A stretch of DNA of 64,000 bases from positions 302,250,001-302,314,000 of the forward strand of contig OZ024741.1 of NCBI GenBank assembly GCA_964016885.1. The letters run 5' to 3'. Below the pieces are notes generated by a model, which ran no database searches, was not told the DNA's origin, and saw only the letters and a program-made list of their open reading frames with translations. A program made the translations under genes and the position numbers. Positions 11,708 through 22,689 of this stretch are shown here, piece after piece (within the stretch, counting starts at the first letter, position 1; every line of letters begins with the position of its first letter). The DNA comes from Eledone cirrhosa (lineage: Eukaryota).

Positions 11708-12046
11708 GGAGGCACATGGCTTAGTGGTTAGAGCATTGGCCTTGCAATCGAAAGGTTGTGAGTTCAATTCTCAGACTGGGTGATGTGTTGTTTCCTTGAG
11801 CAAGACACTTTATTTTCACATTGCTCCAGTTTACTCAGCTGTAGAAATGAGATGATAGGGACTGGGGTCCCTATCATTCCACTGCAAAGTGATCGTGGAG
11901 GTGCCACGGCATAAAAACCACCCAGCACTCACTGTAAATGAGGTTGGTGTTAGGAAGAGCATCCAGCTGTAGAAATCAAGCCAGAATCAGTTCCCGTCCC
12001 ACCCTTGCAAGCAGGGAAAAAGCGGACGTAAAATGAAATGATGATG
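11708..12046 (+). mobile_element. tRNA-derived SINE family 2, full length (tRNA head, central ccttgagcaagacactt domain, RTE-like tail)
   Basis: A-box tggcttagtgg and B-box gagttcaattc. The 3' ~45 nt are shared with the RTE 3' end at 13884-13928. Confidence 0.87.
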
Positions 12047-12085
<39 letters not shown>

Positions 12086-12091
12086 CACACA

Positions 12092-12426
12092 TTCATTTCA
12101 TTTCATTTTACGTCCGCTTTTTCCCTTATTGCAAGGGTGGGACGGGAACTGATTCTGGCTTGATTTCTACAGCTGGATGCCCTTCCTAACACCAATCTCA
12201 TTTACAGTGAGTGCTGGGTGCTTTTTTGCCGTGGCACCTCCACGACCACTTTGCAGTGGAATGATATGGGCCCCAGTCCCTATCATCTCATTTCTACAGC
12301 TGAGTAAACTGAAGCAATGTGAAATAAAGTGTCTTGCTCAAGGAAACAACACATCACCTTGTCTGAGAATTGAAATCACAACCTTTCGATTGCAAGCCCA
12401 ATGCTCTAACCACTAAGCCATGTGCC
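12092..12426 (-). mobile_element. tRNA-derived SINE family 2, full length, inverted relative to 11708-12046
   Basis: Near-identical reverse complement of 11708-12046. Confidence 0.87.
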
Positions 12427-12465
12427 ATATATATATACATACACACTCACATATATAGTTACAAC

Positions 12466-12539
12466 TATTTCATCTGATGAACAGGCCGGATGTTTCTGTA
12501 AGGATCGTCTAGTTTCTTGAAACTTTTGGTAATGGAATA
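12466..12539 (+). ncRNA. Type I hammerhead ribozyme-like motif
   Basis: tatttcat-CTGATGA-(38-nt imperfect stem II)-GAAAC-ttttg-GTA-atggaata, with an 8-bp stem I. A 3'-half paralogue at ~11567-11612 has the better stem III GAAACC-ttt-GGTA. Confidence 0.6.
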
Positions 12540-13180
12540 ATTATATTGTGTTGTTTATCATGTAATTAAATAGCTCTGTACCATACATAGAACACTCTTC
12601 TTTCCTTTACCTCTTCTACGGAAATACTTACACACACACACCTATTTAAACGTCTTTATTAGTGTAATTTGTGGAAAGGCATAACTTGTCTTTTTTTGTC
12701 TCTACCTGTGTTAAGTCCCAATTTACACCAGAATGAACAGTATGAACCTTAGTTAACCAAAACTGTAGTGGTTTCCTGTGCTTTACTGAGGAGATGGGAT
12801 TGTCGTTTTACTGTTGTGTATTTAGTACCTCCTCCCCCGTTTTGAATATATGTGTGTGTGTACATTTTCCTGAATATCAATTGCTTTATATGTGTGTACA
12901 AAATACTCTTTCTCAAACGATATATGGCTCTCTCTCTCTCTGTATGTATAGCTTTTAAATTTGAATTATTGATGCTCTGAACTAAGGTCCATTGAGCTTA
13001 TTTATTAGGAAACATAATCATGCATATATATGTATTGATGCCCTAACATTGTACAAATATATGTACACACACACACGTGTATGTGTTTATATAATGGCCT
13101 AATATCAGCATATATTATTGTGGGCTACTGCGCTTCTTCAGCAGGATATCCCATCCCAGCATTGTGGTCTTCTATATATA

Positions 13181-13664
13181 TCTAAACTATAATAAAGTAA
13201 GGAGCGCGGGACTGCGTACGGTTTATAATTTTTTATCCCATTGGTAAAATAAGTTGGATTACTTTGGATAAATAATGAATGAATATTACATAATTTATCA
13301 ACTAAATTTTGTGGCTATTGATTAAATATATTTTGTTTATTTAAAGATTCACTTCTTTAAAATTTCTGAAATGTCAACACTTCCAGTTGGCCATTGCTTA
13401 AATAAACATACTAATTTTCTGTCACTAATTTTCCCCTAATGCAGTTTATATATAATATCGTCTTTTTTAATGTATCATGGATTACGTTACTGATTAAATA
13501 AGACGGTGTAACACAGTCTTCGTTCAATTTCTATCTATTATATATTGTCAATTACAATTTTATTTGATGTATCATATCTACATGTATATATACCTGCGTA
13601 TAATATCAATATACACACTACACATGCTAGCAGAAAACCACCATACGGGTGGTTTTTCTGCTAG
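13181..13664 (+). mobile_element. Non-autonomous Helitron-type element
   Basis: 5' TC; 3' hairpin gcagaaaaccacc-atac-gggtggtttttctgc followed by CTAG; A|T insertion site. Second copy inverted at 48144-48612. Confidence 0.82.
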
Positions 13665-13674
13665 TATATATAAT

Positions 13675-13860
13675 GAAGGAAGTATGGTAAGGAACCAGGT
13701 GGACCATAACACACAAGAGTACCCGATACTTAGGGTAGTAGAGTGGGTAATAGGAAAAGACTCAGAACCCTGACGGCTGAGCTCCAGCCGTTTTGACAGC
13801 TAGTTCTGAACTAGCTGTCGAAATGGTCAGCTCAGTCGTTGGGGTCCTGACTCTTTTCCT
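13675..13860. mobile_element. PLE-type terminus with fold-back inverted repeat (13752-13860)
   Basis: Homologous to 22497-22689. Palindrome centred on gacagctagttc-t-gaactagctgtc; flanked by (TA)n. Confidence 0.6.
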
Positions 13861-13867
13861 ATATATA

Positions 13868-16080
13868 TCATCATCATCATCATCATCATTTTACATCCGC
13901 TCTTCCCTGCTTGTAAGGGTGGGATGGGTCTTATTCAGCACAGCATCTCTTCACTTGTCACGGTCCTTCATCATCTTCAGCGATCTGAGGTCTGTTCTCA
14001 CCACCTCCGCCCATGTTTTTCGTGGTCTACCTCTACCACGTCTTCCTTCAACTGGCATTTCCTGGCACTTCTTCACCCATCGGTCATCCTCCATGCGCAT
14101 CACATGTCCATACCACCTCAGTCTCCTCTCTCGCACACTACATTCTATCCTTCTCAGACAGTTTCTCTCTCAACACATTCCTGCTGGGTCGATCACGCAC
14201 ATTGACATTGCACATCCAACGGGGCATGCTTGCCTCATTTCTCTCCAGCCGTCACATATCCTCTGCAGTTGCTGCCTGTGTCTCACTAGCATGCAGCATC
14301 GCGCACCTCACACGAGCATCATATAACCGGCCTTTCGTACGCAGGAAGAAACCCTTCTTCATCAGCAGAGGAAGCAGCTCTATAAACTTCTTCTAATCCG
14401 TCCTTATTCTAGATACTATGGCCTCCGAACCCCCCCCCCCCCCCCCCCATGCTAATCTGATCTCCTAGGTACCGGAAGCTATCCACCACTTCTATAGCAC
14501 CCGCCTGCATTTGAAAAATGTGTCTATCAATGCGACTTCTACTGTATACGTATTTCTCCCTACCTGTTATTTTGCCTGCTATCCTGCTACATCTATTGTG
14601 TACCCAGGATCTGCATTGTGTGCATTTTATAGAATTTATGCCAGTTCCTTTTCTGCATATCAAACATGGCTATTTCCCTGACGGAATCAGAGTTTTGTCC
14701 TCTTTTCTACTCATCAACACTTTTGTCTTAGCTAGGTTCACTCTCAGTCCTCTTGCTTCCAACTGCTGTTTCCATAGCCAGAATTTATTCTCTAGCTCCT
14801 CTACTGATTCTGCTATAAGAACCAGATCATCAGCATAGAGAAGTTCCCATGGACAGCCAGTCTTAAGCTCCTCTGTTATGGCTTGGAGGACTATAATGAA
14901 CAAGAGCGGGCTGAGGACCGAACCTTGATGTACTCCTACTTGTATCTGGAATTCCTCACTAAACTCCATTCCTACCCTGACTTTACTGACAGTACCTCTG
15001 TACAAAGTTTGCACTGTCCTCACAAGCCATTCCTCAACACCTAGTTTCCTTAGGGACCACCTGATGACAGATCGGGGTACCCTATCAAAGGCCTTCTTTA
15101 GGTCAACAAAGGCTAAGTATAGTGGCTTATTTTTCTCTAAGAACCTCTCTTGTAATTGTCTCACCAAGAAGAGGGCATCTGTTGTACTCTTCCCAGGCAC
15201 AAAACCAAACTGCATCTCATCTAGTTTGACCCTTTCTCTAATTAGTTGTGCTAATATCCTTTCTGCCACTTTCATAACCTGATCCATCAGTTTTATACCC
15301 CTATAATTGCTCCTCTCCAGAGCATCCCCTTTACCTTTGTAGCAATTTATGAGAATACTGCTGCACCAGTCTTTGGGTATGACACCACCATATATAGCCT
15401 GATTGATGATGCATGCAACCAGTTTAGTGCCTACGTCCCCTGATGCCTTCAGCATCTCAGCAACTATCCCTGATGGTCCAGCAGCCTTACCATTTTTCAT
15501 TTCCTTAATTGCTTCTTCGACCCTATATTCGTCAATCTCAATAGCTGGTCCCTCTGTCGGATCTACTGAGGGTAATTTCTCCCTCTCCCATTCGTTCTCC
15601 ACATTCATCAGTCTCTCATAATGATATTTCCAGGCCTCCTTTTTCTGATCATTTGTGACACTAAGTACACCGGCATCATTCCGGACACATTGTCTCCAAC
15701 AATATCCTGATTTGCATTGACACACTGCCTTGCAATGCGGAACACCGCATGCCTCTGATCTTCCTGTCGCAGAACATTGGCAAACCTCCTACTCTCAGCC
15801 TCCCTGCGTGCTAAGTACACCTGACGTTTAGCTTCTCTCTTAGCGGTTGTATATCCTTCTCTACTCTCACCCTTTTTCCAAGCCTTCCATGTTAGTCTTT
15901 TGTCTCTAATGGCCTTATCTACTGTACTGTTCCACCACCAGATCACTCTCTGTCTGGTTGGAGCTCTGCTCCAGCCACATGTTTCATCAGTAGCCTGCAG
16001 TAAGTTGTCACGTAAGAAATTCCAGTTATCTATGTCATACGTCTCTAAATCGTCTTCTTTTTCGTCATACACATCATCAT
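13868..16080 (-). mobile_element. 5'-truncated RTE LINE (RT, PHD-like finger, C-terminus, (gat)n tail) with frameshifts and stops
   Basis: ORF 14670-15725 has AAGPSG, NYRGIKL, QFGFVPG, AFVDLKKAFD, GVHQGSVLSP and LLYADD. The C-terminus has RRLRWYGHVMRM...RGRGRPRKTW. Confidence 0.93.
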
Positions 16081-16239
16081 ACATAATGTGTGTGTGTATA
16101 TATATATTAAAATATTGATTATGTGAAGTAATTAATCATATTGTCTGACAAAAGTATAGATTAATCACAGTGCTATAGGTAGTCACTATTAGAACCATCA
16201 ACCACATAGATATAAAGGAGAAAATGTAATATCAGCTAT

Positions 16240-16646
16240 ATAGCTGAAATGAGACCAAATTCAGCTGCTGGCCCTGATGGTTTCCCAGCAATCCTCTTAA
16301 AAACATGCAAGCGAACATTAGCAAAACCACTTCAGATCCTCTTCCAAAGATCCCTTGCAAATGGTAAACTACCCGGAAAACTAAAAGAAGGCATAATGTG
16401 TCCTATCCATAAAGGAGGAAGCAGAACAGATGCTAAAAACTACCCTGTCTCCCTGACCTCACATATCAACAGTCATGAAACAATTCATCAGAAGGAAACT
16501 GATTACTTTTCTAAAGGAAAATGGTCTTCTAACTGACACCCAGCATGGCTTTCGCCCGGGTAGAAGTTGTCTTACACAGCTCTTGCAACATTATGATTGG
16601 ATACTCAAACATGGATGTGATATATCTTGACTTTGCAAAGGCTTTC
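16240..16646 (+). mobile_element. CR1/L2-group LINE RT fragment
   Basis: AAGPDGFPAILLK...PIHKGG...NY-PVSLTS...QHGFRPGRSCLTQL...DVIYLDFAKAF, with frameshifts. Confidence 0.75.
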
Positions 16647-16649
16647 ATA

Positions 16650-18050
16650 TACTCTGTACTCACTGCCAATGTCTCATTCCCATGCAACACCGCATGTCGA
16701 CATCTTACAGCTGGCCTTTCATTTGTAGAGAGAAATCTTTTGTTGTCAACATAGGTAGTAGCTTGCTAAACATTTTTCATCTTGTTCTTATTCTAGCTAC
16801 TATGCTCTCAGAGCAACCACCTTCATTGTTAATTACATCACCTAGGTAGTAGAAAGTGAGGCATGTAGCCTAATGATAAGGGTGTCTTGAATTTTTTTCT
16901 AGCACTCTCTTGCAATTTAGAACACCTCACAACTGAACTTCACATTACAGAATGTGGGAATCTCATACTTTCTGCTTCTCTTCTAGCTATTTAGTGTTAC
17001 TATTTGCTAATACCATTCTATCAGTCCTAGCCTTGCTCTTATGGCTGTGTCTATAGTAATATTCCACTACTATATTACCTTCAATAGTTCTTGGATTTTG
17101 CACCACTCACATGTGATCTGTAGCCTGGTTGTTTTGTAGGATCTCCCAATTTTCTTTTGTAAGTCACAATGTCCTCCTTCTAGCTATCAACCAGGACTTC
17201 TCTTTCAACTTCCATGTATTCCCACTTGAAATTGTCATTTGTCTCTGAACTTGTTTAGCTTTTACACTGCATGCTGGACAAGCAAGTTAGGGAAGGAAGA
17301 AGTGAATGTGGGAGGTCTATTCCTGATGGCCCACTTGATTTGCCTCTCTTTAAATCCTTAAATGCCTTACTTAGTAAATTGATCTCTTTGTTGGGTCTAT
17401 TTGGGGCACAGTCTGTCTTCCTCCCATGCATTTTCATCATTCAACAGCCTCTCATAATGACTCCATGATTCTTTCTTTTCAGCATCAGTTAGGGCAAGCA
17501 TTTCTGACACATTTCTCCATAGCAACATCTTGATTTTTCCTAATACAATGCCTCACATCTTTAGTCCTCACAGCATAAAACTGTGCAAAGTTCTTAACTT
17601 TCTGCTTCCTTCCTTGCAGATTGCACTTGTTACTTAGCTTCTCCCTAGCTTCTTGGTATTCTCTTCTTCCTTGTTTTTCCTTGCCTTTTGTCAGCCTTAA
17701 TTGTCTCATTCACCTTACTATTCCACCACCTTGTTTTTCCTTGCCTTTTGTCAGCCTTAATTGTCTCATTCACCTTACTATTCCACCACCAAGTCACCAT
17801 CCTTCTTTGAGTCTTGCTCTAGCCATAGATCTTGTCTGTGGCCTTCAGCAAATTTTCTCTGAAGAATTCCCACTGTGCCTCTATGTTGTAATTCTCTATC
17901 TCCTCTTCCTTACTGCATCAAGCAAGATCCCTCTAAACTTATTCCTGGCTGAGGGCTTTCTCAGCTTCCATTTCCTTCTCCTCCAAGTTGCCTTCTATCT
18001 CTGAGTTCATCTAGTTCTAACTTTAATGTCACTAACTACCAGGCTACAAA
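16650..18050 (-). mobile_element. Heavily decayed RTE fragments (include an exact 60-bp tandem duplication at 17671-17790)
   Basis: GKSSGPSGI, EKCVRN and the ttccaccacc (WWN) motif align with the RTE at 1-1892. Confidence 0.6.
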
Positions 18051-18899
18051 GTAGCAAACAGACACCCACAAAATTATATATATATATATATATTCACTAC
18101 ATCACAGAACAAATAATGGTAACAATTGTTTTGTTTAACAAAGCAAGCAATCCATTTGAATTCAATTCTACATATTTCTGCATGCATATCGAAAAACATA
18201 GCCATTTTGTTTTTACTTCTCTTTTCTGTAAAGAGAGAGTGAAAGAGAGAAAGGATCAGAGAAAGAAAAGAGACAGTGTGAGTGAGATCAAATTAAGAGA
18301 AAGAGATGTATAAAGAATGACCTCACTGCTAAAGTGGCAATTGGAGAGTAAACAAACAACTGAAGCAGAGGCAAATGTCTTCTGAAGGCATAAATATATA
18401 TATATGTTTTACCCACGCCTCCCTTTCTGTCACCCTCTCTTTTAAAATCATCTCTCATATTTAGTGGATATGGGAGAGTAAAGCAGACACACACACACAC
18501 ACATATGTGTGTGTGTGTCTGTGTTCTAACTCTCTCTAAAGTTAAACAAAGCAGACCATATATATTTTATTACAGTCAGCTTTATATTAGTTATACAAGA
18601 GTCAGAAACACTGGCAAAATCAAGAATATACATACAATATATATTATGTTAGATAAATTCGTATATTTTTTTCCAATGGTATTTGAATTAACACAAAAAT
18701 ATTTTTACCGTAGTGTTTTATAGTTTTTTCAGGAAAAAATTAATAAATTTAGCTGACAACCCATTACATTCTGAAATCCCAATATTTTTTTATGTATGCC
18801 TAAAACTCACTACACCTCATACAAATTCAGATAAACATTTCATTTCAACAACATTACTGGTCTGTATATTACTTTAAATACCTTGAAAACCTTCCAGAC

Positions 18900-20885
18900 C
18901 ATTATATGGAATGTCCTCTTCGGAGGCCAAGCACAACGATCTGAAGAAAGTGAAGAAGTTGACAGGCCTGTCTAGCTAGCTGCTAACATGATCCAAACAG
19001 TTTTAGTACAACCACTGGAATTAGTTGTGGATACAGTATCATTTGGATGAAAAAAGACACAAGACTGCTGCTACATAAGGACAACATATTGAGGAACAGC
19101 AGCACATTAAAAGAAATGCTGATCAAGTATATCATTCTACTGCCAGGGCAGGAGCACAAGTTACAAGTAAAATGAACTGGCTGATGGGTGCTTTTTCTTA
19201 TGATCCCCAAAAGGACTACAGCAATAATCCACAAATCAATATTGGGAAAATGAACAAATGCTGCCACATTGTGGTGTCAAGAGATGGGCAGCAGAAACAT
19301 AAATCAGGTCTATGCTGCTCAAAAGGCGAAGTCAAGCTTAAAACAATACAAGAACCTTCTAAATTTCTGAAGAATCTATTTCTCCAGGATCCACAAGAAG
19401 CACCACACTTCAATAAATACATCCAAAAATATAATTCTGTCTTTCAAATGACATCTTTTGGAGCTGACAGGAATGTGACAGACTTTTGATTCTGCACAAC
19501 TTATAAAATTCAGGGACAGTGCTTCCACATAATGGGTGGCCTTCTGCTACTTCCACAGGAACTTCATAAATTTGTGCAGGTTTACTTCATGGGTGGAGAT
19601 GAAACAGGTACAACAAAGATGTACTAATATCTATGGAGGACTGCAGTTCTACCTAGTCATGAGGTGCAAGAAAGATTTCACCAATATCACATGTACGTCA
19701 GTATATTTAAATATGCACTTGAGTACAGAGATTGCAAAATCATCATCAGAGCAGACAAATGCTTAGCTTCAGAACATGAATGCAGGTTCATTGCACCTGT
19801 CACTGATGAAGTTGCAATCATAATGATTAATGAACAGCACGAACAAAGTGCCATTGTTTTGCAAAAACTAGGTGGACATTTGGAGTGAATATATGAAACT
19901 CATAAGGCCTATGACTCACTCCAATACCACTCGTCTTCTGGAATGGTCATGATGGATATCAATTTTAGCTACGGTAGATCAACCTAGGAACAGTATAAAA
20001 AACAAGCCAATCAATCATCTGCAAAGAATTCTATGCCTATGGTGTGAGATCACTTAAACCAAGTTTCGCGATTCAAAGAAATAACCAGCCAGTTCATGGT
20101 GGACATGTATGCCCAAATTGAAACAGAAAGATTCTGTTTTATGCGAAGGAATCAAAATAAGTTGAGGGCAGAAAACTATATCCACCTTAGAGATGGTGAC
20201 CCAACAAATAATGACCAGCCATTGATACTGCCATCAAGCTTCACTAGAGGACCACGTTAGGTATGATCGTGTGCAAGGTGCAATGGCCTATCTCAGAAAA
20301 TTTGGTTGGTCGAATCTCTTCATTACGTTTACATGCAACTTAAACTGGACAGAAATAGCCAATGAACTATTTCAAAATCAGAAACTGAAGGAGTGACATG
20401 ACCTCATTACTTGGGTGTTCCATGATAAGCAAAATAACTCTTGTGGCTCTTAAAAAGAAGAATCTTTGGTGAGCTTAGTGTCTGGATGACCACTATTGAA
20501 TGGCAGAAGAGAGGACTTCATCACTCTCACACACTAATCTGGTGTAAGGAAAAGTTAAGACCAGATGATGTTCACAACATCATTTCAGTGGAGTTGCCTG
20601 ATAAAGTTGGCAATTCAGAGCTCTTTGAAACCATCAAGACCAAACTCATCCATGGTCCATGTGGAGTCATCAATCCAGCTTCACTCTGCATGCAAGATGT
20701 CATGTTGTCTTTGGGCTAGGTGTAGATAGTCATTGATTTGCATTGAACAAGCGACAAATTCTGCTATAATTCCTACTTTAGTGAAAATATAGTAATCCTA
20801 TTTTATTGGTAAGATATTTTGTAATATGTGCCAAAATATATTGTTACTTTCATAAAATATCCGTTCATTGCCGGGTACCCTGCTA

Positions 20886-20886
<1 letters not shown>
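18900..20886 (+). mobile_element. Decayed, internally deleted autonomous Helitron (Rep domain remnant)
   Basis: CCSKGEVKL, YNSVFQMTSFGA, LFITFTCN (~20315), IEWQKRGLHHSHTLIW (HUH motif), IISVELPD and IHGPCG...NPAS. 3' end ccgggtaccctgCTAG|t at 20886. The 5' boundary is approximate. Confidence 0.85.
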
Positions 20887-20924
<38 letters not shown>

Positions 20925-20929
<5 letters not shown>

Positions 20930-21697
20930 TCTTCCGTATTCCCAATCTTTGCTCCCAAATACAGGAAGCCCTCAACCAATTCTAGCGGCTTCTTGCCTAC
21001 ATTAGTGATCCCCTCTGGCTTCTCAACATTCTCTACCAGATATTTTGTTTTAGTCTCATTCATTCTCAGCCCCACACTCATTGACACAGTCTCAACCTCC
21101 CGCATCAAATCCTCTGCCTCCTTCACTGTATTTGTCACCAAAACTATGTCGTCGGCAAATTCAGCATCCGATACCTTTTTCGCCCTAACTATCATGCTCT
21201 GACCCGGTGCTACAGCTTGAAATCGGTGTGGAAGTCGGACCTTCGTAGAGACCTGAAAGTCCGCCTCTTCATTGCTGTAGTGGAGTCTGTGCTGCTGTAT
21301 GGGTCTGAGACTTGGACACTGACCAAGAAACTCACTCAGATGGTGGATGGGTGCTACACGAGAATGTTGAGGATGGCTCTGAACATTAATCAGTATACAC
21401 TGAGGATGAAAAACTCAGAGCTGTATGAGAGCATCCCAAAAGTCAGCTCAAAAGTGACACAGAGGAGACTGAGGTTAGCTGGACATGCTCACCGACATCC
21501 AGAGTTGACATTGCACTCAGTGCTCCTTTTGGATCCCCTACATGGATACACTAGAAGAGGAAGACCAAGGTTAACGTATGTTGATGCCCTAAGGACAGAC
21601 ACTGGTCTGTTGGAGACGCAGGACATGGCAGCGATAATGAGGGACAGAGACCGTTGGAGAGAACTCGTCCATGGATCTCGGGAATTTTACCCGCCTT

Positions 21698-21700
<3 letters not shown>
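20925..21700 (+). mobile_element. RTE-like LINE 3' fragment with inverted 5' segment, inserted in (TA)n
   Basis: 20925-21200 on the - strand encodes EFADDIVL...FLYLG...TEDDI. 21205-21699 on the + strand encodes the downstream LKSVWKS...LLYGSETW...RRLRLAGH...RRGRP. Confidence 0.88.
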
Positions 21701-21757
<57 letters not shown>

Positions 21758-21919
21758 GGGGTAACAAATTATTGTTATAGGTAGTCCACTTAAGTGTAGT
21801 CCAGTTATGGTACTCCGGGTAGTGGATGATATCAACGCTTGGCTAAGTTTGACTCAACAAGGCGTTTCCATAGTGATGTTGCGTGGACGCTGTAATTCCT
21901 ATGTTGTAAACATACTAAT

Positions 21920-22194
21920 TATAAATCAGGAAATAAGAGTGACACGGTTTGCTATACAAAAAAGGTTTTTAATCTCATTGTTGACAATTGTTCCTCTGAA
22001 CTGGTAGGTCTAGAGATCGCTACCCGCTTGTTTTCACGTTATTCGATCACCAATACAAAGTTATAACCAGTCAATTCATCGGATGAATTGGTAGCAATCT
22101 CTAGACCTACCAGTTCAGAGAAACAATTGTCAGCAATGAGATTAAAAACCTTTTTCGTATAGCAAACCGTGCCACTCTTCTTTCCTGATTTATA
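21920..22194. repeat. Fold-back inverted repeat of a PLE-type terminus containing the 3' part of a hammerhead
   Basis: ~105-bp arms. The right arm reads tgaattggtag...ctaccagttca-ga-GAAAC-aatt-GTC-agcaatgag. Confidence 0.7.
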
Positions 22195-22290
22195 TATATA
22201 TATAGTAACAATAATAAAATTGAAGACTAAAATCCAAAGAGGGCTCGATAAGGATAAATATATATCAAATATATAAGAACCGTAGAGCAA

Positions 22291-22454
22291 ATATTTATTA
22301 AAATAACAGATTAAAGTTTAAGCAAAGAATCGCTGCTTTCACCCTTAACGGGATCTTCTGAAACTAACAAAGTCAATCTGTAAACGCAGAACTGGAAGAT
22401 CCCGTTAAGGGTGAAAGCAGCGATTCTTTGCTTAAACTTGAATCGGTTATTTTA

Positions 22455-22462
<8 letters not shown>
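22291..22462. repeat. Fold-back inverted repeat of the CAGAAGA-hammerhead PLE terminus
   Basis: The left arm matches 3835-3900. The right arm is its reverse complement from gaagatccc to ttttaataaat. Confidence 0.85.
22306..22381 (-). ncRNA. Extended type I hammerhead ribozyme-like motif, U4A core variant (best-preserved copy)
   Basis: acagattga-ctttgtt-agttt-CAGAAGA-t ccc gttaa ggg t-GAAA-gcag cgattct ttgc-TT-aaact-ttaatctgt. All three stems pair. Confidence 0.65.
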
Positions 22463-22494
<32 letters not shown>

Positions 22495-22496
22495 CG

Positions 22497-22689
22497 TAGG
22501 TGTGGTAAGGAACCAGATGGACCATAACGCACCAGAGTACTCAATACTTAGGGTAGTAGAGTGGGTAATAGGAAAATGTTTAACCCCGACGGCGGACCTC
22601 AAGCCGTTTCGACGGCTATTTCTGTCCATAATAGTCCAGAAATAGCCGTTGAAACGCCTTGAGCTCTGCCGTCGGGGTTAAACATTTTC
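22497..22689. mobile_element. PLE-type terminus with fold-back inverted repeat (22572-22689)
   Basis: Homologous to 13675-13860. The arm contains gtcca-GAAAT-agcc-GT(C/T)-gaaacg, read as a hammerhead 3' half. Flanked by (TA)n. Confidence 0.65.

Noticed and set aside
13090-13170. ctgaaga on the minus strand as another hammerhead
   Set aside because: No GAAA box or convincing stems could be assigned.
17671-17790. Exact 60-bp tandem duplication as a functional repeat
   Set aside because: It lies in a dead RTE fragment; a local duplication or assembly artefact explains it.
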